Source: Lama glama (Eukaryota). Taken from it: 64,000 nt of DNA. This document shows, in pieces, positions 1-11,830 of this stretch. Numbering within the stretch: position 1 is the stretch's first letter; every line of letters starts with the position of its first letter. A model generated the notes under the pieces. That model saw only the letters and a list, made by a program, of their open reading frames with translations, had not been told where the DNA came from and did not search any database. The stretch covers positions 12,338,001 to 12,402,000 of the forward strand of contig CM052831.1 in the NCBI GenBank assembly GCA_028534125.1, read 5' to 3'. The position numbers and the translations under genes are program-made.

Positions 1-1074
1 TCCTATGATTTCTAACACTATCCACTGAAGAGCAACTGACATACTGTCTGCATCAACCTGCAGGATGAAATATCTGTACCTCCGTCTGCCCAAGGCCTTA
101 CTTCCCGGGCCATGAAGGAAAATGTACAACATAAGAAATTTCAGGAATTTATTAGTTTTAACTGACTCTAGTCAGCAAAGGCATATGGTCACATGGCACC
201 AAGTCAGCACCAGGCACTCCCTTATTTGAAAATCTAACTCTGTGTACAAAGTGAGGTGCAGTTTCTGCAGCTGGAAATTGCTAATGAAAAGTGGGTTTCA
301 CTCTCAAGTTAGTGAGTCATTCCTGTGCACATTTAACCTTGTATAATTAACTGTTCCACTTTGGACGTGGCCAGATTCTCTCAGGATGTTAAATGCACAC
401 CCTTCTGTTTCCTATACCCTGACACAAGAAATAAAGCAGGAAGCTGTATCAAGAACAGATGAGAAGAAACTTACTCATCAAAAATGTTCATGTCAAATGT
501 GAAAAGCCAAAGTTTTTTACGTGGAAAGAGTGGTTTCCACTTTCTGTAGGATCACAAAGTACTATGTTCAAAACTCTTATATGAGGACAAACACTATTTA
601 AAGTAGCTAACCCCATAGCTCACTAGATACTGAGAAATAAAGCTATAAATGGACTATAAACAGGTATTGGTTCCAAATACCAGTAAAGTTACATATAGAA
701 CATACCAAAGTTTCTTTTAAACTGAGAGCAAAAACAAATGCCTAGGAATTTGCCTGTAAGCCATGAATTTCAGAGTGTTCAATCAAGGATTATTAGCGGT
801 TATAGTTTTTAGAAATTTGCATGGACTTTTAAATGTTTTATTGGCTCATTTTCATAACAACCTGTAGAAAGACAAACCTTGTGACTTAATGTTTTTTTTT
901 CCTGAAAGCTATCCTTTGTGACATTTTTCTAGTATCATTTTCCTAAAAATACTTCATAGACCATTGTTCACTTCCTGTTCACTTCCTCTATGCTCTATGA
1001 GTAACAGCAGGATTTTGTCCTCAGTCCCACCCAGCTGTGCCCCAGAACTGTACAGACTCTAAATGCCACAATCT

Positions 1075-1130
1075 GACTCTTTACTTAAATTCTCTGAGCC
1101 TCAGTTTCCTAAGCTGTAAAATGAGGAGTG
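1075..1130 (+). mobile_element. MIR SINE core fragment
   Basis: 'ttacttaaattctctgagcctcagtttcctaagctgtaaaatgagg' resembles the MIR core. Confidence 0.65.
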
Positions 1131-1356
1131 AGATGGTTTTAGACCTTTAACAATGTTTTAATAAAGAAAGTTAGCTGTTTTTCTTTTTTCTTTATGAAAA
1201 TGAAAGATTAATTCTAAGAATTTCCTTTCTTAAAATTTCTCCAGAACCTCCTGACATGGTTTCAAATTTAAGTTTATGATTTTGAAGAAAATACAAACTT
1301 TTGGGGGTTACTAGTAACTTGCATTGTAGACTTTACACTTTTCTGTCAACTGTTAA

Positions 1357-1440
1357 AGAAGAAGAAAAAAATATTTACCAAAAAAAGAAGAAGAAGAAGA
1401 AGAGGAAAGGGAAGAGGCAGCAGAGGGAGCAAAGGAAAGT
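1357..1440. repeat. (GAA)n / purine-rich low-complexity tract
   Basis: aagaagaagaagaagaagagg visible in sequence. Confidence 0.8.
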
Positions 1441-2484
1441 AGACAAATTACATAAAATTTTCAAAAAGCGCTAGGAGGTTAGAATCTGATCCTAGGGATC
1501 TAATCTAGGGACAACTGCTTTAAAACATTGAAGACTGTCTACCCAGGAAGATCCAGCAAATTCTTAGAAGGATCACCTGGAGTGCATGGGTCACACAGAC
1601 CCACAGGTCATGTGATAGATGAGTTATCACTCTCATCACTAATTGTCCAGCCATTGCTGAAGGAATAATTTACTAGTTGATCTTCCCTGGAAGTGAAAAG
1701 AACAGAACATCACCAATAAACACCTAGGAGGAGTGACGCCTAGTTATGGAAAAAGACTTTGTAGGTTTCACCTGATTGGCCCAGTGATGCCCCATGAATA
1801 CACCTCTCAACTCCTTAGGGAATCTGTAAGCCTCTCAGACGATAATGAGACTCTGGCTATTAATTAGGGTGATGATGGAGAAGTTCTAGCTATCTGCACT
1901 TGGTGGGTAGATGAGGTGAAGTTAAACAATGAACCCAAGATTTTCATGCTGGATGAATGATTATAAAATTCATATTAATTCTTATGTCATTAAATTCTTG
2001 GGAAGACTAAGTGAAGTGACTTCTGTGAAGTTCTTGGAATTGTAAGGATTCAAAATGATGGCTATTTTCATCATCATTACTGCAGCTGCAGTGCCTCCTT
2101 GTGTGATGCGGCATTAGGAAGCATAACCTGAAATAAGAAAGGGGAATAAGTGGCAGGGTATACCCTGGAACCTAGTAAGAGTTAGTCTTGGTCATCAGGA
2201 GCTGCCAGCAAATATAAGAAAGATCAAAAGGTCACTGCAAGAAAAGCTGTCTCAGAATTTTATACTTTTGACCCAGAAATAAGCTTCAGATCATCTATTT
2301 TGACCATCTCTAGCTATAGAGGTACAAACACTGATGAGAAGTTAAGTTTCCAAAGATGTGTTTTCAATAACTAATTCCCAAGAATATGGCATATGATATA
2401 CACCCCTGATTTTCACCAGCCTAGGTCTGAGGACTTTGCTCTCAAGAATCAATTCCATTGAAAAGGTTTTTTTTTAAGTCAAAA

Positions 2485-3021
2485 TGTATTAATCAAGACC
2501 CTTTGAATTGCAAGGGAACTTCCATTCAAATTAAATGAAGCAGACAATGCACTGGCTGACCTAAGTGAAATGGCTGGAGTACAAGAGCTTCAAGGAAGAA
2601 AGGACTCAGACATTCGAACATTGTCTTCAGGCCTCAGTTTCTCTCTGTTAGCTTCATTTCCCTTGGGTTGGCTTCTCTTGGGTAGGTTCTCTTCTTTGGG
2701 AGATAGTCAATACAGAAGCCCTAGTTGAAGAATGACTTCTCTCTCACAAGAGTTAGACCCAAAGCCCCAAGACTGAGTGTCTTTGTCTATCTCGGTCTTT
2801 CTGCTCTACCTCTGACACAAGCATTGTGACCAGAAAAATGGTCCATGTTGATTGCCCTGGCCAGGGTCACATGGCCATTCCTGGAGATGGAAGAATAGTC
2901 CATCTTACCACAAATCAAATGAATGAGACCGGGAAGTTATTCCCCCAAACTAATTGAGATGCTGTTAGAAGAAAAAAAAAAAAAAGATGCAGGGCAAGCA
3001 AAACCAGCAGAAGTCTACTAA
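2485..3021 (-). mobile_element. MaLR solo LTR, MLT1J/K-like
   Basis: Begins tgtattaatcaagacc...ttgcaag, contains 'gattgccctggccagggtcacatg', ends 'cagaagtctacta'; resembles reverse MLT1K. Confidence 0.7.
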
Positions 3022-3547
3022 AATTACTTTTGTAAGAATACAAAGAATGGTAGGATGGACAAAACCCAAGTATAATTTCAAAGTTCTTCAGGATACATTA
3101 TTGTTGTCAGAGCACAGGCAACAGTCCAACTCTTAAAGCACTTCCGCACAATGCAAAAGGTCAGAGGTCTGTAGACTTCTGTCTCTCATCTTTCTTCATA
3201 GACTTAAAAATACTAAATCAAGCATTTACAGTTAAATTGTGGTTCTCTTACTATCGTAATGACCGGTTTTATGCAATCAGATTGGTCATTCAATCGATCC
3301 CACTCAGAAAGACAAGCTCAGACATCAAACTGACCTTTTCAGTCTAGGATTTTTTTAAGTCCCAGACAAATGTCTTCTTTATTCTCAGTTATGGTTTTCT
3401 CATTCATTTTCTCTTCTGCTTTTTTCATTTCCACTCTTCTCTTATGCACCCTTCACTCATATATACATTTTCATACAGGCCCTTGAATTCAGCTTTATGT
3501 TCTCCTTTACTTCCTCTGAGTCAAATAAAGACCTTGATTAAATTTTA

Positions 3548-3680
3548 CTCTATTCCATTTATTCAATAAGTATCTGTGTTTCAGACACTATTTTAGGTGC
3601 TTGGGTCATAGCCATAAACAAGGCAGATAAGATTCCTGTTCTCTTGGAAGTTACATTCTAGTGTTGGGAAAAGACAAATG
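3548..3680 (-). mobile_element. L2 3' end fragment
   Basis: 'tttattcaataagtat...ataaacaaggcagataagattcctgttctcttggaagttacattctagt' resembles reverse L2 tail. Confidence 0.7.
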
Positions 3681-4559
3681 TATCACCTACTTGTGCTTCC
3701 TTGTCTGCTGCTATCCACCAAGACTTACAGTCATCGTAAACTCTGGGTAGCTCTTCAGAGCATATCTGATTTGATGGTCCCAACTGACTGTGGGAGGTAG
3801 AACAAGTTTCAGTGCCCCCATTTCAGGTCACTACAGATATGACTGAACACAGGGGTAAAGCAAGATCATTAATTTAATCATTCAAAAAATATCTACCTTT
3901 AATATGCCAGATACTATTTCAGGCTTTTGGAACAATCATATTGGCCTGGGCATTAACCTCAGGAGTTTAGTAAGAGGACATCAGTATATAAAATGACAGC
4001 TAAAAACATATGAATTCAATTACTGGTGGACTTAAAATAGTTTTCAACATTTCTGACTTGAGTCTACCATCCTTATGTATAGCATCATTCCTCCCAGCAA
4101 ATGATCACCTGACCAAAGCCTCTACAAGGAGGAGGCACCAATGACAAAAGCCATCCTCACTGCCTGCTACATAGGGCCGATCTGAAAAAGGAATTCATAA
4201 TTCCCAGTCAAGACAATGCTGCCACTTCACAAGGGTCTCCAAGGACTGCACCTGTTCCGACCACCTCTACTGTTTAACACCGTACAGGTCTTCATGACTG
4301 CAATGTGACAGATAAGGTGGACAGGACAGGATAGGATGGGCAAGGGGCAACCCAGCTTCCACTCGGGCAGTCTGGTTCCAGAGACAAATCTCCCCACAAT
4401 TTTCCTGTGCTGAGAAGCCCTTAATAATGGAAAAGTACAATTCACAAAAGAAAAAACAAAATTCACCAAAGTGAAAAGTTTCAACTTATGGGTAACGTGA
4501 AGATGATATAAACAAGTGACAGAATACAAACAGTTATGTCTAACGCACACACAAATAGG

Positions 4560-5400
4560 AAACAGTATTCAGAAAAGGTAAAAACGTCTACAAATGAGTT
4601 TCAAAAAATATGAGCCAAATATATGAACAAGCAAAAAAAATGGAAACCCAATAGCAAAACAAACAAACAAACAAAAAGCTCAGCTTTAACTAGCAACACA
4701 GAAGTACTCCCTATACAAGTAACAGCAGAATACCAGTTCATAATTCTCAAATAGGTGGGAAAAAAGTCTGACTTTATAAAGCAGTGATAACAGTGTACCC
4801 TTGTGGAAGGACTTGAGTTGCTGCAACCACTTTTGAGAACAATTTGGCAACGTATCAGTAATTTTTAAAAAGAACAGTCTCCTACTCAACAACACATTTC
4901 TAAGAATATAATCTATAGAAATTATTGCACTTGTGTCCCAGAAGACTGTCTGAGAATACTTATTCCAGCATTTGTGAAACTGTATTATAAACAACCCAAA
5001 CATCCATCAGTAGTGGACTAGATAATTAAGATGGAATGTAGTAGAATTTAAAATGAAAATAACTCTACCTATGTGATTCAGGATGGACAGAAATCAAAAG
5101 CATAATGCCAAGTGAAAAACATACTTTGTAGATGGTTACACATAGTATAGTATAATTTCTGAATACTTTCAAATACTCAAACAATGCTGTGTATATATAT
5201 ATATATGCATATATATATATATGCATCATCAAATTTTTCTAGAAAATAGAAAAATATTTTGTAGAAAGAGAAAAGCAAGATCTGAAGTACGTGGCCCTAG
5301 CTCAGGAGAGGCTGGGAGAGTAAATGCGAATAGGGAGGGGTGGAGGGAATGAATATTATCTGTCTTGTTATGTTTCTTTTACATTAAGAAATATGAAACA
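4560..5400 (+). mobile_element. Old L1 (L1ME-like) ORF2 end/3'UTR, degraded
   Basis: 'caaccacttttgagaacaatttggcaa', 'aaacaacccaaacatccatcagtagtggactagataa' are L1 ORF2 3' hallmarks. Confidence 0.7.
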
Positions 5401-5409
5401 AGACTGACA

Positions 5410-5900
5410 AAGTAATTTTCTAAAATAGTAATTCTGATGTTATCACACTGCTTAAAATCCTCAATAGTTGCTCATTGTTTCTTAGAGGCAAGGGAAAGTC
5501 CTGCCTATAAAGACTGAACTTTTCTTAACTTTGCTGCCGAGTCTCATACTGCACAGTTTCCCTTCTCTCTCCAGCCTTTCCGTCCATCCTACACACCAGG
5601 ACCCATCTGGCCCAGACAACTTTTCACGTGGTCACCTTTCTGAGAGGACTGCCCGCCCCTGGCCTTGACGCCCCCAGTCCAACTCATCCATCAGAGCTTA
5701 CTTCCAGCACAGTGTCTTCTGGGAAGCTGCCGCAACAGATACCTGGCCCAACTTAGACCACATTATTTGGCTCAATGCTTTTAGAGGGCAATCTTGATAC
5801 TTTCAGAACATCACTTTAGTCAGTCATTGGGGGGTTTAAATTCTATTGCAGCGTGTGTCTGCTAACTCACACCCATGGTGAGCTGTTTTCTTCATAAGCT
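5410..5900 (+). mobile_element. L2 fragment
   Basis: 'tctgatgttatcacactgcttaaaatcctcaatagttgctcattg' is L2-like. Confidence 0.55.
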
Positions 5901-6179
5901 ATCTGTGAGATTTTTCCCTTCTTGCTCCACAAAGCAACCAGTACTTCAACACACACTCTCCTCTCCTGTTTTCAGTCTGCCTTGTTTTTTTCCAGCTTCT
6001 GAGAATTTCATTGACTTTTGCAGGAGTTCAGCTCCACCTCCTCCTTACTGTATTTCATCCCATTTGAAACTGGAGAATTTCTTGTTATCCTAGTACACAA
6101 TATTACAAGAAATGTAATTTCTCCACCTCAGAATGTAAATGTGTACATACTCTATTATTTAAGAAAACGCCTCCATTTC

Positions 6180-6304
6180 AGTATGTTGTAATCTCCTTGA
6201 GAGAAGGCAGTGTATGTATTTTGACTCATCTCTGCTCTCAGAGGTTTTTTTTAACAGTGCTGGCACAGAGTAGGTACTCAAAAAACATTTGTTGAACGAC
6301 TGAG
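6180..6304 (+). mobile_element. L2 3' terminus
   Basis: 'acagtgctggcacagagtaggtactcaaaaaacatttgttgaacgactga'. Confidence 0.75.
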
Positions 6305-7167
6305 CAGATCAGAGCTGGAGGGTAGGGGTTTTTCTTGGAGCACTTTGCAGAAGAGCAAGCTGATAAAACTTCACCAAAGGCTGTATGACAAATTCCAAGA
6401 TGTTCAATGATCTCCCAGGCACTGGCAGATGAAAGCCTCAGAGTCTTTGATCACCAGAAAAATGTGGCTCTCCCACTAGTCTAATGTCATTAATCCTTAA
6501 TGCATTTTTCACTCCATCCATCCCACACTTAAGTTTCCATATTCTTCATTAATTCTGACATCAGCAGGCTGAATTCCTCTGAGGCCCAGGGCACTAAAGC
6601 TCTCCCTTCAAATACCAAAGGCACATTTTTTTTTTAAAGACAGGCATAATTTTTACCCGCAAGATTTTGTGTAACAATATTACCAATTAGCCTCTTGTAC
6701 CATCCAAATAAATTGCCTACTAGTCATCACTTTAAGGGATTAATTGACCGTGCAAATACTTAGAGGTATAAAATTCTGCTGCCAAACAGAGACCTAGTTA
6801 AGGCCTCTTTAAGTGTTTCTCCTTGGGAGCAAACTCCTTTATATTTTAGTCGTATTAGATCATCTGAATGAAACTTATAAAGTCCACTTACGTTTTCTGT
6901 CCTAAGGATGATTCTCAATTTAGTTGCTCTTTGCCATCTGAGATTAGACTTTCTTCAGAGATTTCACACAAAGCAGGCAGGATGTTAGAAGGTAAATGTT
7001 AGAACTACAGCTGGTTTTCTCCATCTCTCCTTGAACCTTGGGAGACCAGCCATATTAGAATTCCCCTTGACTTCTCTGAGCTATCAACAGAGTGAGTGTT
7101 GGTAATGGGAAGTTTCTTAAAAATCCTCTAATTCCAAGGAAAGGTTAGGAAAGTGGATAAGGCAGCG

Positions 7168-7680
7168 TCTACTAGGTAGGGTTCCAGCAGGAAATAAATG
7201 GCACAGTCAAATAGAATAATGAGGAGAGTTAATAAGAGGACTTCTTACAAAAGGTATAAGAAAAATCATTAAAGGCTATAATAAGACCCTGATGGTAGCA
7301 CCAACAGAGCTGTTCCCTCCTCTTAGCTGGAAGGGGCCAGGAGAGAGAACGGTTAAGAGAACTTGGAAAGAAAGAGACATATGGAAAGGACCATCTTCCA
7401 AAGAGCTGCGATCTTTGGTCAAAGTGGTAGCCAGTCCAAAGTGGTCCCTTAAGGAGGGAGCCAAGGGAATAACATGTCCCAGCCTCCCCCTTCTTCCTTC
7501 CTCTCGTGTCCTGCCAGGGCTTTCCATTGGCTGTTCCCAACAGGAAGCCAGAAAACAAGGGAGTCCACAGACCTTGGACTCCTGAGAATTGAGGATGGTT
7601 AAAATACCACCACCACCACCACCACCACCAACAGAACTTGCATGTGTATCTGGAGGGTAAAACAGAAGATATCTAATACA
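7168..7680 (-). mobile_element. ERVL solo LTR, LTR41/LTR33-like, with internal (ACC)n
   Basis: 'ccattggctgttcccaacaggaagccagaaaacaagggag' and end 'atctggagggtaaaacagaagatatctaataca' resemble reverse LTR33/41. Confidence 0.7.
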
Positions 7681-8003
7681 GCAGGGATCAGATATATCTA
7701 TGGAGGACTCCCCAAAACACAGATTCGAGAAACAAACTCCACTTTTAACTGATCTGAATCACAGCAAAAGTCAGAGGCACATGAATTTTGGGGAAACTAC
7801 ACAGGCAATTAGGGTGACTCCCTATGATTAAGATTTATGACCTCTTTAGTTTAAAATCCTGATTTTAACCTTTATTTTACAGCTCTTACCATCCCAGAAA
7901 AACTGAAAATCTTGGTGCTGCAAATCTGACTTTGTACCACTAACACTGATTTTTACTGATTATCGAAAAGTGACGGGGATATTGAGGAACCCAGGTTTTC
8001 AAT

Positions 8004-8226
8004 CTGGGGCATATTCACCCTGTTCACACCGGTATTGCTGTGCCAATTATTAAATTATTTACACACTTTTAGGATGGTAAATAGTCATTACTATAAGTTC
8101 CCAAGTCTGCAACCTCTACCCCAGCTGCCCAGACCTTCTTCAATCCAGCAACCAAAGTGTTGACACTGAGAGAGACTAATATCCCAGCACCCAGCCTGAC
8201 TAAATATTTTGAATATCACATCACAG
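8004..8226. mobile_element. hAT-type MITE (Tip100-like), 223 bp, exact 8-bp TSD
   Basis: TSD ttttcaat at 7996-8003 and 8227-8234; imperfect terminal inverted repeats with atattca (8011-8017) / tgaatat (8210-8216). Confidence 0.65.
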
Positions 8227-8364
8227 TTTTCAATAGAAGATTTGTTCTACTCTTCAATCACACTTCACCTTTTAACTAAGATTTCTAAATTGTAAACTTG
8301 GTATATCTCTAGTGGAATTATTAATGAACCAAATAGCCAAAGAATATTAGCAAAAAGATAAGGG

Positions 8365-8421
8365 TGCTGTACACCAGAAATTGATACAACACTGTAAACT
8401 GATGATACTTCAATTAAAAAA
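8365..8421 (+). mobile_element. Extremely 5'-truncated L1 3' tail
   Basis: 'gctgtacaccagaaattgatacaacactgtaaactgatgatacttcaattaaaaaa' matches the L1 ends near 27060-27115 and 59050-59100. Confidence 0.75.
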
Positions 8422-8564
8422 GAGACAAAGGGCTCTGCTCACCCATCAGCTGGATGGTTTGCCCCTAAGTTAACAGCAGTGAATTATATATCTTTTCTCT
8501 GTATCAGTTTTCAACATCAAAAGCCAGTTAAGTGTCAAGCTTGAGTCCAAGAATAATCAGAGGA

Positions 8565-8690
8565 ACATAAACCCAAGAAAATGGCATTTGCAGTCAGACT
8601 CCTGTGTGCAAATTCTGCTCTGTCACAACCAGCTGGTTGACCTCGGAGAAGTTATTTAAACTCTAGGTCTTGGTTTCCTTATCACATAAA
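8565..8690 (+). mobile_element. MIR fragment followed by (AAAAC)n
   Basis: 'gcagtcagactcctg...gacctcggagaagttatttaaactct...gtttccttatc'. Confidence 0.6.
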
Positions 8691-8694
8691 GATC

Positions 8695-8725
<31 letters not shown>

Positions 8726-8899
8726 CAAAAACAACCAAAAAGCCTATTCACAATATTTCTGGTCAAAGTACCCTTATTCAAAATAGACCTCATCTTGATT
8801 GTTCAGTGAGGAAGACCAAAGAAAGGAAGAAAAAGAAGAAGAAAATGAAAAAGTTAAAATAAGCAGAAAAAAATAGTGACAGCATATAACCCAGTGTAT

Positions 8900-9130
8900 A
8901 ATCACATAAATAGTAAAACACTCGCCATGTATAAAGATATTATGTGTCACCAACCACATAGCAGCGGTTTTTGCACACATTGTATTTTCACCCAAATCCT
9001 GTTAAGTAATATTCTTTAACCCACTGCACCAAAGAGGAGATTAAGCTCTGAAAACAACACGTTCAAGAGCACCCAACAGCAGAAACCACCTCCTATCTCT
9101 GGTTTCTTGGACTCCCAAGAGATGCTCTGA
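8900..9130 (-). mobile_element. MIR fragment
   Basis: 'acccactgcaccaaagaggagattaagctctga' resembles degraded reverse MIR core. Confidence 0.5.
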
Positions 9131-9161
9131 CCTCCTGCTTATGACAATAAAACCATCAACA

Positions 9162-9270
9162 GGGAGGGAGGGGTATAGCTCAGTGGTAGAGTACATGCTT
9201 AGCATGTACGAGTTTCTGGGTTCAATCCTCAGTGCCTCCATTAAATAAATAAACACAAATTTTTAAAAAA
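9162..9270 (+). mobile_element. tRNA-Ala-derived SINE (camelid Vic-1 type)
   Basis: A box tagctcagtggt, B box gggttcaatcc, AGC anticodon loop, A-rich tail; atcaaca repeated at 9155-9161 and 9271-9277 as TSD core. Confidence 0.85.
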
Positions 9271-10089
9271 ATCAACACATGGTTCCCATGATTATAAATA
9301 AGACATTCAAAACCGCTTGCCAACCAGTCAATTCCATTCCACTTCAGAAAAAAAGAGAGAATGACTGAGTATTGGTTTTTAATGGGAGACACCTTTGAAA
9401 CTGTAATACAAAGAAAGGTACTTTTTCTGAAGACCTCTGTATTTACCTGGATTTGTGAAATTCTAGATTTCTAATAGGCAGAAAGGGTCAGTCTTGTAAG
9501 TGCTTTAGAGAATTGTTAAAAAAAAAGCAAAAATAAAAAACTAAAAATAAAAGATATTGATTTCTTTCTGCAAGACTTTGTTTACATGTTTATTAACAGG
9601 ATCAACATCAAAGTACCTGTCTCAGGAATTCTAGTTGTATCAAGAGAGCAGTTTCTCAGGAGACTGAAGGCTTAATCACATGATTTTAGTTCCTCCCAAC
9701 TCTTTTCCATCCCCACAGTAGGTAGATTTGATTTTCAATCCTCCATCACATCTGAGAAAAGGGCCTCATGGGATCTGATAATCTACTATTTAACAAAGAC
9801 CGCTATGGTGACAAAAATAAAATACAGTTCATTGACTCTCAATTTTAGGATAAGAGGAAAGTTTTTTTTTAAAAAGTCAATGTTTTTCTGTTTATAAAAA
9901 TACATTGACTTTGTTTCCTACATTTTAGGATTTATAGAAAATGCATCACTGCAAATCGCTTTCATCTACTCTAGGACTGTAGAGTCCCCAAGAGCCTCTG
10001 CCTCCTAATCTCAGGAAATCCACACAACAGCCACATGAGGAGCATGTTACTACGACCCTACTCTTCAGGGAAGTTTAGGGATTTGTCTA

Positions 10090-10232
10090 AGGTGGTAGTT
10101 CTTCAGAATGGCGGCTCGTTAGAAAGGCAGAGTCTGGAACTCCACCCCGACCTCCTGAAGCAGAAACGTGGGGTTTTAATAAGCTCATCAGGTGATTCGG
10201 ACTCATGCTCAAGTTTAAGAGTCCTCACTCTA
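10090..10232. mobile_element. MER5A-like hAT-Charlie MITE
   Basis: 'ttttaataagctcatcaggtgattcggactcatgctcaagtttaagagtc'. Confidence 0.7.
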
Positions 10233-10235
10233 CAC

Positions 10236-10690
10236 CAGATGTCTTAAATTTGCCTGATAAAACTCACGTAGGATATTATTCTTCAACCTAGGCTTTCATA
10301 GGTTTCTAGCCTATGAAACTGATCAGCCTCTGAAAACCCCCTCAACAGATATTCTATCTCAGTGGGTCTCAGATCATGTTACCAACTGAATCGTTTTCCC
10401 CCAAAATTCAGATTTTGAAGCCCTAACCTCCAAGTTCCTCAGATTGTGAATTTACACCAGGGACACAGGGACACAGAGAAAAGACAGTGTGAAAAAGCAA
10501 CATGAAGAGAGAGGCCTCAGAAGAAACCAGACTCTGCCGGTACCTTGATCTTACACTTCTAGTCTCTAAAATTGTGAGAAATTAATTTCTGTTATTTAAA
10601 CCACCAAGTCTGTGGTTTTTTGTTACAGCAAAGTATCTGCAGTCAGCACCACAGATAATTCTTCTAATCCAGCAAGTTTCAGAGACTCTG
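10236..10690. mobile_element. MER5-family MITE interrupted by an MLT1 LTR
   Basis: Left part 'cagatgtcttaaatttgcctgataa...ctcagtgggtct'; right part 'cagataattcttctaatccagcaagtttcagagactctg'. Confidence 0.5.
10377..10630 (+). mobile_element. MLT1A/B-like MaLR LTR with internal deletion
   Basis: 'cccccaaaattcagattttgaagccctaacc', 'gagaggcctcagaagaaacc...ccttgatctt...aatttctgttatttaaaccacc'. Confidence 0.8.
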
Positions 10691-10704
10691 CCCCTCACCC
10701 TTTT

Positions 10705-10826
10705 CACCCAGATATGATCCCTCAAAACAGCAGCCTCAACATCAAAATCACTGAATCAGAATCTGTATTTTAACAAAACTCCCAGGTGATGTACATGCCT
10801 AGTAAGGTTTGAGAAGCGCTTCCCTA
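10705..10826. mobile_element. MER5A-like MITE
   Basis: 'ctgaatcagaatctgtattttaacaaaactcccaggtgat...gtttgagaagcgct'. Confidence 0.75.
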
Positions 10827-10832
10827 ACAGCC

Positions 10833-11009
10833 TAGGGTTACCATATTTAGAAAATAAATATTTGCAATATTTGGGACACATGCATTCATGCTTGTATATA
10901 TATGTGTTAGTGTATATACAGAGGTAGACATATTTATACTAAAAAAACTCATTGTTTTTTCTGAAATTCAAATTTACTTGGGCATCTTGTATTTTATCTG
11001 GCCACCTTA
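10833..11009. mobile_element. MER53-like hAT MITE
   Basis: Ends tagggttaccatattt / atctggccacctta; internal 'ctgaaattcaaatttacttgggcatcttgtattt'; near-TSD taacagcc/tagcagcc. Confidence 0.8.
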
Positions 11010-11589
11010 CATAGCAGCCTCTCCCAGGGTGCTGAAGGAAACTGGACAGGTTCACCAAAATGATGTCAGGACACTATAGCCATAGACTCAGCTCCGGCTT
11101 CTAAGAGCATCCTTTAGGACTGTATGTTTCTTATCCCAAAACTGAATAATGTAACAACACTCCAAAGGACTGACATTTCTATTAGTTGAAAGAAGAGCAA
11201 ATCTCAATGATCTTGTCTAATCTTCAGGTACGGAAATTTCTCACTAAAAACATCTCTATCAATCCTCACCCTTAAAGCTGACAGCTTGTTTTCTGGAAGG
11301 CAGCCCTGAGTTCTGGGCTCCTCATGACCCAAGTAGCCTCAGAAACATTACATGGTTGTTTCTTGTGGGGGTGCCATACCTCTCAAGGTTGAAATGGCAG
11401 GTCATCTATTTTGTTATTTTTGAAAAATCACAGAATGGTAGCACTGGAAAAAAATGTAAATTTCTGAGCGTAACCTCATGGCAAAGTGATAGTAGTCATA
11501 ACAACTGCTATTCATAGAGCAGTTACAAAACCTCAGAGTAATTTACATTCTTTCAAACTCCTGAAAGAGTGGGTATGATGACCTCATTT

Positions 11590-11830
11590 CCATAACAATA
11601 ACATTAATCTTAGTGATTATTTACTCTATACTGGGCACTATGCTAAAGTGCTTTACTATATTACTCATCCTATCCACACTAATTTTCGAAAGTAGATACT
11701 ATTATTTGCCCCATTTTGCAGACAGATAAGGCAAGTTATTTTGCCAATGTTCCGAAATCTGATAAATAATTGAGCTAAGATTCAAACACAGGCAAAATAT
11801 CTCCAAAGCTTTCATCACTAATTACTGACT
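11590..11830 (-). mobile_element. MIR
   Basis: 'gggcactatgctaaagtgctttac...gtagatactattatttgccccattttgcaga'. Confidence 0.75.

Noticed and set aside
7229-7585. Three overlapping ORFs
   Set aside because: All inside an LTR41/33-like solo LTR; no retroviral protein similarity seen
9162-9240. tRNA-Ala(AGC) gene
   Set aside because: A-rich tail, flanking repeat and extra 5' G-rich bases indicate a SINE copy
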